Source: Escherichia phage Ec1-ASingh. Taken from it: DNA of 24,556 bases. A model generated the notes under the pieces. It saw only the letters and a list, made by a program, of their open reading frames with translations, ran no database searches and was not told the origin of the DNA. The stretch lies in the sequence record PQ561395; one strand, 5' to 3'. Positions 1 to 8,647 of the stretch are shown piece after piece. Position 1 is the first letter of the stretch. Every line of letters begins with the position of its first letter. The position numbers and the translations under genes are program-made.

Positions 1-541
1 GGGTATCGCCCTCTGTGACCCCATCAGCCTCAATATGTAGATGCCCCCGCCCGGCGTCATAGTACGAGTATTCTAGTAAATTCCCGATATTGTCGAACGC
101 CTTATACGTCTGCATCAGGTCATTAGGGATTGTCTGCACAGTCCCGCAGATGTCATAGGAGCGCTCGTAAGGACGCGGCTTGTTGGAGCGGTCAGTAAGG
201 CTGTTATTAGCGGATTTTGCTTGGTTATTTGTCGCTGTTACCGCCAGATTCGGTTTCTTAGTTAGTAAAACCGTAGCCGCGACGACGACCAACGCAACAA
301 GCGCACCTACTACAAGCGCGCCCCCACCAGCTCCTTCTACTATGTGATACACCGCGTCTTCGTCTTTAAGCGCTTCGAAGTCGTCCGTTACGTCTGTATC
401 ATCACCAATTTCGCCGAGGTAGACGCGCACAGGCACGCCGTCAGGAATACGGTTAACGACAAACTCCATCGGCATCCCGACGTGTTTTGTGCGGTCGAAA
501 ACACCGTTAGCATTTCGCGTGTAGTGCAGGATTATCGCCAA
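1..541 (-). CDS. tail assembly protein I-like (5' part; gene continues past window start)
   Basis: Minus-strand frame is open from ~544 to position 1 (no TTA/CTA/TCA in register). TTG start at 541 with GGAG ~9 nt upstream; alternative ATG at 475. Translation MPMEFVVNRIPDGVPVRVYLGEIGDD...VYHIVEGAGGGALVVGALVAVVVAATVLL has the ubiquitin-like N-part plus Gly/Ala-rich hydrophobic stretch of lambda gpI (from memory). Sits after the K-like gene. Confidence 0.45.
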   Translation of the reverse strand, partial: MAIILHYTRNANGVFDRTKHVGMPMEFVVNRIPDGVPVRVYLGEIGDDTDVTDDFEALKDEDAVYHIVEGAGGGALVVGALVALVVVAATVLLTKKPNLAVTATNNQAKSANNSLTDRSNKPRPYERSYDICGTVQTIPNDLMQTYKAFDNIGNLLEYSYYDAGRGHLHIEADGVTEGDT

Positions 542-897
542 AATTCAATCTCCGTGTACAGGTCGCTCAGGTCAACAAGCCGGTCTAGCCGTACCTGACG
601 GGAGGCCATCTCGCAATGACTCACCATTCCGTCAAAGTAGACCCCGGCGTGCCACACGATTCTGCCGCCGCGGCGCCTACCCATAAGAACCGCGCACAAG
701 TTCTCAGGCTTATCAATTTTCGTAAGCCCCTTCGTGTTGCGATGCCCTTCGTCAAACGCGTCGTTAATTGCCGTTGGGCTTGTAGCGTCGAACGCCGGTG
801 TGGCTAACCCGGCATCCGCACGGACAATACGCACGTGATGCCAGCAATTGCGTTTACGAAAGTCGTAAGGTATCCCCGTGTAGTCGTTAATGTTCAT
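532..897 (-). CDS. tail assembly protein K-like (NlpC/P60-like Cys/His motif)
   Basis: ORF track 121 aa; RNCWHHV...H motif; position between L-like and I-like genes; start overlaps upstream stop (ATGA). Confidence 0.45.
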   Translation of the reverse strand: MNINDYTGIPYDFRKRNCWHHVRIVRADAGLATPAFDATSPTAINDAFDEGHRNTKGLTKIDKPENLCAVLMGRRRGGRIVWHAGVYFDGMVSHCEMASRQVRLDRLVDLSDLYTEIEFWR

Positions 898-1409
898 GTG
901 ATTAACAGGCCGCGTAATAAAGGTATCTCTTTAGGTGTCATGAGTATACCAGTGCTTCGTTGGTTAAGCATAGGTGTCCCTAAATTAGCGGAGAATCGCC
1001 CCTTGTCCTGAGCTATGGTCTGCGCCTCGTATGCCACAGGGCCGTCTGCCGGGTAAGACAGGTCGGTGCTGACATAACGGCGAAATATGAACTTCGGCAA
1101 CTCAGTACTATCCATAGGGATATTATCCAGTTCATCGTCCAGTAAATTTCCGACGTCAGGAAGTGTAAACGTCGTCGTCTGGTCCATGTCGTTATTGTTA
1201 GCGGCTCCCGACGCTTCCATCGGTGTTGGCTCGAACGTGATTGTTTCGCCTGTCTCCAGTGTTGCCGTAAGTTCCTGTAGCCCTCGAACAAGATAGTACG
1301 TCTTCGACAGCAACGGGTGGCTGATTTGCAACGTGATGTAGTCCATCTCGCCGTCGGGATTCGAGGCCAGCTTACGGCGATAGGCGGCTTCTACAGATTC
1401 CTGGCTCAT
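894..1409 (-). CDS. minor tail protein L-like
   Basis: ORF track 171 aa; position directly after the M-like gene; weak resemblance to lambda gpL N-terminal region (from memory). Confidence 0.4.
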   Translation of the reverse strand: MSQESVEAAYRRKLASNPDGEMDYITLQISHPLLSKTYYLVRGLQELTATLETGETITFEPTPMEASGAANNNDMDQTTTFTLPDVGNLLDDELDNIPMDSTELPKFIFRRYVSTDLSYPADGPVAYEAQTIAQDKGRFSANLGTPMLNQRSTGILMTPKEIPLLRGLLIT

Positions 1410-1412
1410 AAA

Positions 1413-2810
1413 TTAACCGTCCACATTAAAATCAATACGAGTGATGTATTTACTACCCCACGCCGAATCCGCTTGGGGTATGGAGGCGTAACCGTCAACA
1501 GCCTGAACGTTTATCACGGAGCCGTCGGAGTAGGTAATGTCAATGCTTGTCGCGCTATTCATGGTTACTTTTGCTGATGCCGTCGTTCGGGTTACCGGTG
1601 ACGATTCGGTTACTATTGGCGACGTGGCAAAAGGTGATTTTTCTATTTGCATCGCGCACACTAATATCCCACTAACCCCGTCACCGACAAATGAACCAAC
1701 GGCGGAGTTGTTGTACACCCATGACGCTAAAAGCAGAGAAGATGCGCCGCCCTGGCGTATAGCTACCGTTTCTGTAAATCGATACCAACCATCGCCAAGC
1801 TCTGCTATATCGCTGCCGGGGGCGCCCGCGTAAATAACCCCTGTCGATAAGTTAGCAACACAATCCGCGATAAACCCAGCATCATCAGCGGCGCGAAGTC
1901 TCGCATAATTATAGCCATATGCCTTAGCAACGTAACTGAGAGTGTATACATCACCCTCCGCAAAAGCGGAAGACACCGATTGATATACGAGATGGCTGTC
2001 GTTTGTCTGGGTCGGGACTAGTGAGAACGTACCGCCGTTTAGAAATCCGTCAACGGCGTCCGACACTGTTGCTCTAGTTTTAACCCACGATGCGTCAGAT
2101 AATTTCGACGATTTAATCAGGATATTGCTGGATGTGGATTCTGGCGGCACACGCCCGACCGCAACACCATCAATGAACGTAAGAGGCCATTCATTGGCGG
2201 CGGACTGCACAAGATTGCCATTTCGGTTGATGTAGTAAACCTGTGGCCCATCGTAAACAATGCGGCTATCAAGAGTCGACGCCAGAAGGTTAATCGGTGG
2301 ATACCCGGCAGGCCCTTCATTGCTCCAGATGCGCGGGAACGTAGTTTCGTAGTTCGCGTATATTTTCAGGAAACATCCCAGCCCATCGCCATAGCAACCG
2401 TACAAATCTGGAAGATTGTTAATCAGACACTGGTTCTCTTGGTCCTGGAACGGCGATTTCTCGGCGGTTGCCGTGAAGGTAATCGTCCAGTTAATGCCGT
2501 CTTCGGTGGACTCCGCGATGGTGGATGTAATTGTTACCTGGTAATCCTCAATGCCCATGCCGAAGTCGTGCGCCATCCAGAAACTTGACGCACCGCCGTC
2601 TACTTTTTCGAGGAACGACAGAAACGCCTGCCGCCCCAGCGCCGATGTAATCAGAGTTACGCTTACCGGAAACACGTCATAATAAGTGTCACGGCCCTGA
2701 CGTACGCCGCCTCCGGCTAAATCTACGCTCCAGACGTTATTGCGTCTGGTCATTGAGTAGCCTTTTGATACCACAGGCTTAAGGCTACGTGGGAAATATA
2801 CTTCGCTCAT
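1413..2810 (-). CDS. minor tail protein M-like N-domain fused to ~350-aa C-terminal extension
   Basis: ORF track 465 aa; start overlaps tape-measure stop (TAATG). N-terminal ~115 aa (VSVTLITSALGRQAFLSFLEKVDGGASSFW) resembles lambda gpM (YSVTLSVPREEATVLESFLEEHGGWKSFLW); remainder unrecognised. Confidence 0.5.
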   Translation of the reverse strand: MSEVYFPRSLKPVVSKGYSMTRRNNVWSVDLAGGGVRQGRDTYYDVFPVSVTLITSALGRQAFLSFLEKVDGGASSFWMAHDFGMGIEDYQVTITSTIAESTEDGINWTITFTATAEKSPFQDQENQCLINNLPDLYGCYGDGLGCFLKIYANYETTFPRIWSNEGPAGYPPINLLASTLDSRIVYDGPQVYYINRNGNLVQSAANEWPLTFIDGVAVGRVPPESTSSNILIKSSKLSDASWVKTRATVSDAVDGFLNGGTFSLVPTQTNDSHLVYQSVSSAFAEGDVYTLSYVAKAYGYNYARLRAADDAGFIADCVANLSTGVIYAGAPGSDIAELGDGWYRFTETVAIRQGGASSLLLASWVYNNSAVGSFVGDGVSGILVCAMQIEKSPFATSPIVTESSPVTRTTASAKVTMNSATSIDITYSDGSVINVQAVDGYASIPQADSAWGSKYITRIDFNVDG

Positions 2811-5149
2811 TATTTAAACCCCGGCGCGTTTCTTGTGGCCTTGCGGGCCTTGCTAATCTTACTGTTGCTGTTCTGCAAAGATGCGGCCACTTGCTCTTCT
2901 ATGATGATGCGCAAACGGCCTTCGTCATCCTGCTCTGTAGATACGTTGCCAATCTGACTCGATGTGTTATTTACAATGGTAACATTAGATGGGCCGGAAG
3001 AAGACCCGTTTTGCCCCATAATTTCTTTCATCTGCTGCGCGGTTCGTACGCGCGATGCACCAGCAGGCATGATAACTTCTGGTTTACCGCGTTCGGCGAT
3101 GGTGGAAGCCTGCCCCGCAGATAACTGACCGCCCTGTTCACGTGCGGACCTGATAGCGGAAACCTGCGCCATACCTGCCCCAACGGCAGCGGCAGCGGCT
3201 ACAGGGGCCAGGAACGGGCCAACTACAGGGATAGCCGCCGTGGACTTGTATGCCTCAATAGCCGCGGTGTAAGTGGCGATAGTGGCCTGTACGATAGCGA
3301 ATGCCTTATACGCGCCAGAAGCCTCCCCCAACGCGGACCCGATGTTTGAAGCCATGTTACCGAAGGCGGCTGCCGTTGCGTCGGCGCGCTTCGTGGCGTA
3401 CTGCTCGTTGATGGCGTTGAGCGCGGCCTGATACTGCTTCTCGCTAATCAGACCCTGTTCACGGTACTTATCAGCTACCGCCAACTTCTGCTGTTCCTGG
3501 ATGTCGAGAAGCTCAAGCTCAGTGGCGTTCTGGCCCATAATCTGAGCCATGAAGTCGTCGCCTTTCTGCTGCTTTTCCTGCCGTTCTTTCTCCCGCTTGG
3601 CGAGTTCTTCCTGACGTGCGGTGTCCGCCTCCAGCATAATTTGAGTTTTGGCGTTCTCGTATTGCTGGTCGCTAAGAAGCTGGTTGCCGTAAAACTCTTG
3701 TAGCTTGGTTAACTGTTGCTCCTGATTAGCTTCTATTTTCTGGAATACGTCGTCATTGAGATGAATCGACTGGTAGTAGAAATCCTCCGCGGCTTTCTTC
3801 TGGCGCTCGAACGCGTCCGCAGCTTTCTTGGCGGCTTTTGCACCAGCATTATCATCTTCGGACCCGCCACCAGTACCAGTTACCTTAAATTTACTAAGCC
3901 CTTCTTCCTTAGCGGCTTCTTTGTCGATGTCATATGCCGCGCGTTTAAGCGCGACGATATTTTGCTGAGCCTCCACCTGTTCGCGGAAACTTTTACGGGT
4001 CAGGTCCGCAACATCGCGCTGAGTATCCAGTGCCATCCCTAGCTGGAAGTTAATGTTTTTTGCTACGTCTACAGATTCCCCTGGTGTGAAGGCTGCTTTC
4101 ACCAACCGGCCAGCGTCCTGCGCCCCTTTAACCATATCTTCAAAGAAGCGCTCCATCGCGGTAAATTCTTCCGCGATGAAATCGAGCGCATCGGCTGCTG
4201 ATTCCGCGATGGTTGTCGCCGTTTGTTCGCCGCTGTCGGTGATACTTTTACTGCTAAAATCCCAAAGTTCATTCAGTCCATTTATCGCGTCACCTACAAA
4301 ACCAAATGCCGCGTCGAACGACATCTCTATCGCGCCGCCCACTTCTGACGCGATGTCACCCCACATACGCATCTCAGCGGTGAGTTCGCCGGATGCTACC
4401 TGTGCGTTAAGTTCCTGGATTAAATCATCGATGTACCGGATAGGTTCCGCAAGAGCACCAACATCAAGGCTGGTAGCCAGTGTCATTTTTAACTGCGACC
4501 ATGAGTCGCTGGCACTGGCGATGGCCCCGTTAAGTGTGTTGGCCTGGTCCGCCATAGCCCCCGCGAAGTTTACGTTACCAATGTTGAGCAGGTATTGCTC
4601 GATGTCGGCAGCGCTCTTCTTAACTACCGTAGTGGTGCCCTGGAATGTAAATTCAACATCGTTTTTGTTCTGCTTGGCCTTGATACCAAATTCTTTAAGG
4701 CGCTCAAATTCAAATGTACTAGCGTCCGCAACGGCCTCAATCATCTGATTAAGGTCTTTACCCATAGCAGCGGCAGTGTTGCCATAGGAGCGCAACGCTT
4801 CTTCTGAGGGGGTAAGGCCGAGAGCCACCAGTTTACGGAATCCCTCTACCGCCTGTTCAAGGCCATACGGAGTGTCGCGCGCGAAGTCTTGCAGGATGCT
4901 TAACGCCTGTCTTGCCCCCTGCGTGCTTCCGGTTAGTGTTTTCAGGCTGGCGGACATCTTGTCCAGTTGCCGTTGGGAGTCTACCAGTTCCTGTGCGGCC
5001 TTGTACGCTGTCGCGGCGACAATTGAAGCGAGTCCAGCTACGGCTGCCCCCGCTACTTTTGCCGACTTGGAGAGATTATCAAGACGGTCCGATGTAGCTT
5101 TCGCGCCTTGCTCTGATACCTTTACAACTAAACTAGCTACATCAGCCAT
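2810..5149 (-). CDS. tail tape measure protein
   Basis: 779 aa, Ala/Gln/Glu-rich with long coiled-coil-like stretches; lies immediately downstream of the G/GT chaperone pair. Confidence 0.8.
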   Translation of the reverse strand: MADVASLVVKVSEQGAKATSDRLDNLSKSAKVAGAAVAGLASIVAATAYKAAQELVDSQRQLDKMSASLKTLTGSTQGARQALSILQDFARDTPYGLEQAVEGFRKLVALGLTPSEEALRSYGNTAAAMGKDLNQMIEAVADASTFEFERLKEFGIKAKQNKNDVEFTFQGTTTVVKKSAADIEQYLLNIGNVNFAGAMADQANTLNGAIASASDSWSQLKMTLATSLDVGALAEPIRYIDDLIQELNAQVASGELTAEMRMWGDIASEVGGAIEMSFDAAFGFVGDAINGLNELWDFSSKSITDSGEQTATTIAESAADALDFIAEEFTAMERFFEDMVKGAQDAGRLVKAAFTPGESVDVAKNINFQLGMALDTQRDVADLTRKSFREQVEAQQNIVALKRAAYDIDKEAAKEEGLSKFKVTGTGGGSEDDNAGAKAAKKAADAFERQKKAAEDFYYQSIHLNDDVFQKIEANQEQQLTKLQEFYGNQLLSDQQYENAKTQIMLEADTARQEELAKREKERQEKQQKGDDFMAQIMGQNATELELLDIQEQQKLAVADKYREQGLISEKQYQAALNAINEQYATKRADATAAAFGNMASNIGSALGEASGAYKAFAIVQATIATYTAAIEAYKSTAAIPVVGPFLAPVAAAAAVGAGMAQVSAIRSAREQGGQLSAGQASTIAERGKPEVIMPAGASRVRTAQQMKEIMGQNGSSSGPSNVTIVNNTSSQIGNVSTEQDDEGRLRIIIEEQVAASLQNSNSKISKARKATRNAPGFK

Positions 5150-5923
5150 CGTTTCTACCCTCGAAAATAGCGTCTAAGCTCATGATGATGTCAGATTCGA
5201 ACATGCCTATATTCTGGCCTGAAACGGTGCTGTATGCCACTAAATCCGACCATCTTAACTGTTCGCGCGGGTACATCTTGATGCCATCATCGTCCACTCG
5301 GCGGGTGAATTTGATTTCCCTGTACTTCTCGAAGGTGGTTAATAGCTCAGGGGGGCATTCCGGCCCTGTGTCCTGCGTTGCTTCCGGCGCGTCTTGCATA
5401 ACCCCCATAGCAATTAGCGCAGCTTTATGCCCGTCGGCAATACTGTCAAACTCCCGCCGTTTGTGGCGGGTTATGAAGTTCCAACGGGCAAACTGGAGCA
5501 ACGCGTCTACTTTTCCTGCAATTGATGAAGCTGTTCATTGTGGAAAACAACAACGTGTTCAGCGAGTCGTTTATATTGTGAGAAAAGAGTATTCAGGTTC
5601 TCTTTATTAAATTCATCGTCGAGACTCCAACCGTTAACCAGTTCAAGCGCTAACTGGCGGTTGAGGTCTGTTGCGGCGTCTTCCATCTTGATGTTGTATT
5701 CCGAGAAATCTTTCAGTTCCTCGCATTTATCGCGAAGCGGTTTCAATTTACCTAATGCCGCGCGGTACGCAAGTGTAAACGCCCTCATAGCTTTAACAGC
5801 AACGTCTGCCTCCGGTGAAACAACGTTCAGCCACTCCCCTGAATCGGTGCCGTCTTTCAGTGGTATCGGCATACGGGCGCCTTTTTCTGCCTCAGCTTCG
5901 TAATAAAAATCAGAAAGTTTCAT
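5142..5923 (-). CDS. tail assembly chaperone GT-like fusion (predicted -1 programmed frameshift product)
   Basis: The 119-aa ORF 5142-5501 has no own ATG/RBS (TTG only) and is open upstream into the 3' end of the G ORF in the -1 frame. mRNA reads CAG GAA AAG UAG; slipping at A-AAG gives ...QEK-VDALLQFARW... Confidence 0.5.
5507..5518 (-). promoter_or_regulatory. putative -1 ribosomal slippery site (G-GAA-AAG followed by UAG stop)
   Basis: Sequence read directly; A-AAG Lys-tRNA slip motif adjacent to stop codon. Not the canonical X-XXY-YYZ heptamer. Confidence 0.35.
5507..5923 (-). CDS. tail assembly chaperone (lambda gpG analogue)
   Basis: 138 aa acidic ORF between major tail protein region and tape measure; followed by an overlapping -1 frame ORF (5142-5501); AAGGA RBS upstream. 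Confidence 0.6.
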   Translation of the reverse strand: MKLSDFYYEAEAEKGARMPIPLKDGTDSGEWLNVVSPEADVAVKAMRAFTLAYRAALGKLKPLRDKCEELKDFSEYNIKMEDAATDLNRQLALELVNGWSLDDEFNKENLNTLFSQYKRLAEHVVVFHNEQLHQLQEK

Positions 5924-6030
5924 TCTTTAATCCTTTGGTTAAGAGGTTACTGGTTAAGGTTAATGCGCCAGACGGGAACCACCCGCTTTTCGTGTGCGAC
6001 ACTAGGCGCAAAATAATTCTAACACATTAC

Positions 6031-6059
6031 TTGCACACCCCAACATAATAGGATACTAT
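6031..6059 (+). promoter_or_regulatory. sigma70-like promoter (TTGCAC-17nt-TACTAT), copy A of a repeated 33-bp element
   Basis: TTGCACACCCCAACATAATAGGATACTATTCAC at 6031-6063, 30/33 identical to 15786-15818; followed by AACAGGAG RBS and ATG at 6101. Confidence 0.5.
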
Positions 6060-6100
6060 TCACTTACACCAACAATGTTAACTCAAACAGGAGCTACCCC

Positions 6101-6292
6101 ATGACAGGTATTACTATGTTCTTCTTAATCATTATCGTTTTAGTTTATTTTATCCCATTTCTCGTGGCGCATATGCGCAACCATAAAGCTAAATTAGCGA
6201 TATTCATGGCTAATCTGTTTCTCGGTTGGGTTCTGCTGCCGTGGGTATTTATTTTAATATGGGCGTGCAACTCGAATGTCAAAGAGAAGTGA
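6101..6292 (+). CDS. superinfection-immunity-like small membrane protein
   Basis: 63 aa, two hydrophobic helices; motif FIPFLVAHMRNHKAKLAIFMANLFLGWVLLPWVFILIW matches the P.I.A..R.H.N...I..N.FLGW..IGW pattern of the Imm_superinfect family as I recall it (PF14373); RBS CAGGAG. Confidence 0.55.
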   Translation: MTGITMFFLIIIVLVYFIPFLVAHMRNHKAKLAIFMANLFLGWVLLPWVFILIWACNSNVKEK

Positions 6293-6331
6293 GCTAGTAT
6301 AGGACAAATCCTAAACACGAGGAAGTAAAGC

Positions 6332-7462
6332 ATGGCTCATAAGAAAATAACCGACGAACAGTTACGGGAAGAATTGAACGCCGGAACAAAAATTATTGAT
6401 ATCGCACGTAAGTACGGAATCTCAGACCGCGTTATCCGTATCCGTAAAGCGAAGCTGGCTAAGAAAGGTGTAGGCCACGGTCGCGACGTTAGTCACCTTG
6501 TGCCTGACGGCTACAAGATTAAAGGTACGTCGTCTCTGGTGGACGAGTTCGGCAACACTAAACTGCAATGGGTTAAGACCGACACTGACGCAGAACGTCA
6601 GGTCGAGTTGATGAAAGCTGTAATCGAGGGCATGAAGTCAGAGATTACGCCGGTTGCGCCTGTTAAAGCCGTTCGCGCCAAACGTGACGATAAACTACTT
6701 AATCTTTACACTGTATCTGATTTCCATCTCGGTATGCTGGCCTGGGCCGACGAGAGCGGCGACGACTGGGATATGAAGATTGCGGAAGACCTGTTCTCTC
6801 GCTGGTTCGACGTGGCATTTCAGAAAGCGCCGGACGCGGGAACAGGTGTTATTAACCTGCTGGGCGACCTTGCGCACTTCGATAGTCTGGATGCCGTTAC
6901 ACCTGCAAGTGGTCACGTTCTTGACGCCGACACCCGTTATCAGAAACTTGTCCGCTACATGATTCGTATGGTTCGCCGTGTTGTTGATATGGCGCTGGTT
7001 AAGCATAAAAATGTTCGCTTGCTTATCGTGCAAGGGAACCACGACGAAAGCGGAATGATTTGGTTAGCTGAGATGTTCAGTACGCTGTACGACAACGAGC
7101 CTCGTGTGTTCGTCGATACGTCGCCGGATGTTTACAAGATGGTGCAACACGGTAAAACGACACTGTTCTTCCACCACGGGCATAAAGCACGATTCGACGC
7201 TATCGAACCGGTTATGATTGCTAAGTTCCGCAAAGCGTTCGGCGAGAGTGTTTACAGCTACGCCCACGTGGGCCACCTGCACCATCAGAAGATTGTAGAA
7301 AGCCGTAACATGATTGTTGAGCAACACCGCACCTTAGCGGCTAAAGACGCCTACGCCTCCCGCGGCGGATGGATGTCAGGCCGTAGTGCAAATGTAATTA
7401 CTTATAGCGCCGAATATGGTGAGGTCGCACGTTTAACTATTTCACCGGAGATGCTGGGATGA
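6332..7462 (+). CDS. HTH domain + calcineurin-like metallophosphoesterase
   Basis: 376 aa. N-terminal HTH-like segment (IIDIARKYGISDRVIRIRKAKL); then phosphoesterase motifs in order: SDFHLG, GDLAHFD, QGNHDE, FFHHGH, GHLHH. RBS GAGGAAG. Confidence 0.7.
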   Translation: MAHKKITDEQLREELNAGTKIIDIARKYGISDRVIRIRKAKLAKKGVGHGRDVSHLVPDGYKIKGTSSLVDEFGNTKLQWVKTDTDAERQVELMKAVIEGMKSEITPVAPVKAVRAKRDDKLLNLYTVSDFHLGMLAWADESGDDWDMKIAEDLFSRWFDVAFQKAPDAGTGVINLLGDLAHFDSLDAVTPASGHVLDADTRYQKLVRYMIRMVRRVVDMALVKHKNVRLLIVQGNHDESGMIWLAEMFSTLYDNEPRVFVDTSPDVYKMVQHGKTTLFFHHGHKARFDAIEPVMIAKFRKAFGESVYSYAHVGHLHHQKIVESRNMIVEQHRTLAAKDAYASRGGWMSGRSANVITYSAEYGEVARLTISPEMLG

Positions 7463-7659
7463 AAGACATGTATGAATGCACCGATGTGAGTCCGTACGCG
7501 GAGAAAAATGGATTCGAAGTAGGTGCTGTATATGAAGGGGTCACCCTAGAGAATGGCGACGTAAGAATGTATTCGCCTAAATATCGCAGCTTCTTTGAAA
7601 TAGGCAACATTAACGAATCAGGCATAGCCCGATTTAAGAGAGTTAACAGTGACAAATAA
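7459..7659 (+). CDS. hypothetical protein
   Basis: 66 aa; ATG overlaps upstream stop (ATGA), GGAG upstream; same operon. Confidence 0.45.
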   Translation: MKDMYECTDVSPYAEKNGFEVGAVYEGVTLENGDVRMYSPKYRSFFEIGNINESGIARFKRVNSDK

Positions 7660-7879
7660 ATACAACCGTACAATGACAAACACTCACGGCAGCACTATGA
7701 CTGTAGACGTTTATGATGTGCTTCGTGCTTTCGACATCCGCGACCCGGCGCTACAGCACGCATTGAAGAAACTGCTGTGCATGGGCTTGCGTGGCTACAA
7801 GGACACTGGAACAGACTTAGCGGAAGCAATTGAAAGTCTGGAGAAGTTACGAGAGTACAGGAGTAACATTGATGAGTAA
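7649..7879 (+). CDS. hypothetical small protein (weak DUF3310-like pattern, unverified)
   Basis: 76 aa from GTG 7649 (AAGAGAG SD upstream); alternative ATGs at 7673/7696. Motif DVYDVLRAF...ALKKLLCMGLRGYKD...DLAEAIESL. Confidence 0.4.
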   Translation: MTNKYNRTMTNTHGSTMTVDVYDVLRAFDIRDPALQHALKKLLCMGLRGYKDTGTDLAEAIESLEKLREYRSNIDE

Positions 7880-7883
7880 AACT

Positions 7884-7910
7884 AAGGCCCCGAAAGGGGC
7901 CTTAGTTTTA
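7884..7910. terminator. bidirectional rho-independent terminator
   Basis: AAGGCCCC-GAAA-GGGGCCTT hairpin flanked by A-run upstream and AGTTTTA downstream; lies between convergent genes ending at 7879 (+) and 7908 (-). Confidence 0.6.
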
Positions 7911-8540
7911 TCGTTGCGACTTAATTACAGAAACGACTCTTGGATATATCCTCCCGTCTATGGAATCCATAAGCGGCTTAAGTTCTTCTGCTATTTCCAA
8001 TTTCCGCAACGTTCTGGCCTTGATGGCTTCGTCCAAGTCAATAAAATCGCCTAAGTTTTCTCGTACCCCGGTTATGGGGTTGTTAACACGGCATCGTATC
8101 TTGCCGTTTGTTTTTCTATAAGTAAGGCCTATTGGCAGATCGCCCCTAACCGCTGCGCTGTCGGTTAGGAAGTTGTTTAAAACCCTTGGGACAAAGATGC
8201 ATGTCTCCGGTGAGTATTCTTTAGCATCTGTAAGTAAATCCTTGTCTACATGCCAACCATCTACGTAATTATCTTTATACCATTTAAAGTAGTTGGAGAA
8301 ATATAGCCAGTCTTCGCACACTACCACACCTGCGTATGTTGGGTGCTTGGCGGCCCCGTGGTAGCACCTGGATATCATCGCATACCAAATATCATATACT
8401 GGGTGGTTAACAGACTTTTTGCCGTTGAAAATACTAGTGGTAAAATCAGCGTCGTTGATACCGACACCGCAGATTGTTTTACGGCATGATACCGCCCGTT
8501 TTGATGCGGGTATCTTTTCAAATTCTTCATACAGAAACAT
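7908..8540 (-). CDS. hypothetical protein (conserved W-x2-M-x2-RC / aromatic-rich motif; nuclease- or DNA-binding-like, family not identified)
   Basis: 210 aa ORF; motif YDIWYAMISRCYHGAAKHPTYAGVVVCEDWLYFSNYFKW; located between major tail protein and the plus-strand cassette. Confidence 0.5.
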   Translation of the reverse strand: MFLYEEFEKIPASKRAVSCRKTICGVGINDADFTTSIFNGKKSVNHPVYDIWYAMISRCYHGAAKHPTYAGVVVCEDWLYFSNYFKWYKDNYVDGWHVDKDLLTDAKEYSPETCIFVPRVLNNFLTDSAAVRGDLPIGLTYRKTNGKIRCRVNNPITGVRENLGDFIDLDEAIKARTLRKLEIAEELKPLMDSIDGRIYPRVVSVIKSQR

Positions 8541-8647
8541 TATTCACCTCGTCAGGCTCGTGTATTTATCAGATAAAGGAAAGAGAGGGCACGACCCCTC
8601 TCTTTTTCGCCCGCTAAAGCTATCCTTTACACTTCTTATACCATAAG

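Noticed and set aside
344-598. 84-aa plus-strand ORF at the window start
   Set aside because: GTG-initiated, antisense to the I-like and K-like tail genes, no RBS.
4053-4748. 231-aa plus-strand ORF (plus neighbouring 3716-4042 and 4872-5177) inside the tape-measure gene
   Set aside because: Antisense to a long Ala/Glu-rich coding region where the opposite strand is often stop-free by chance; no start signals or motifs.
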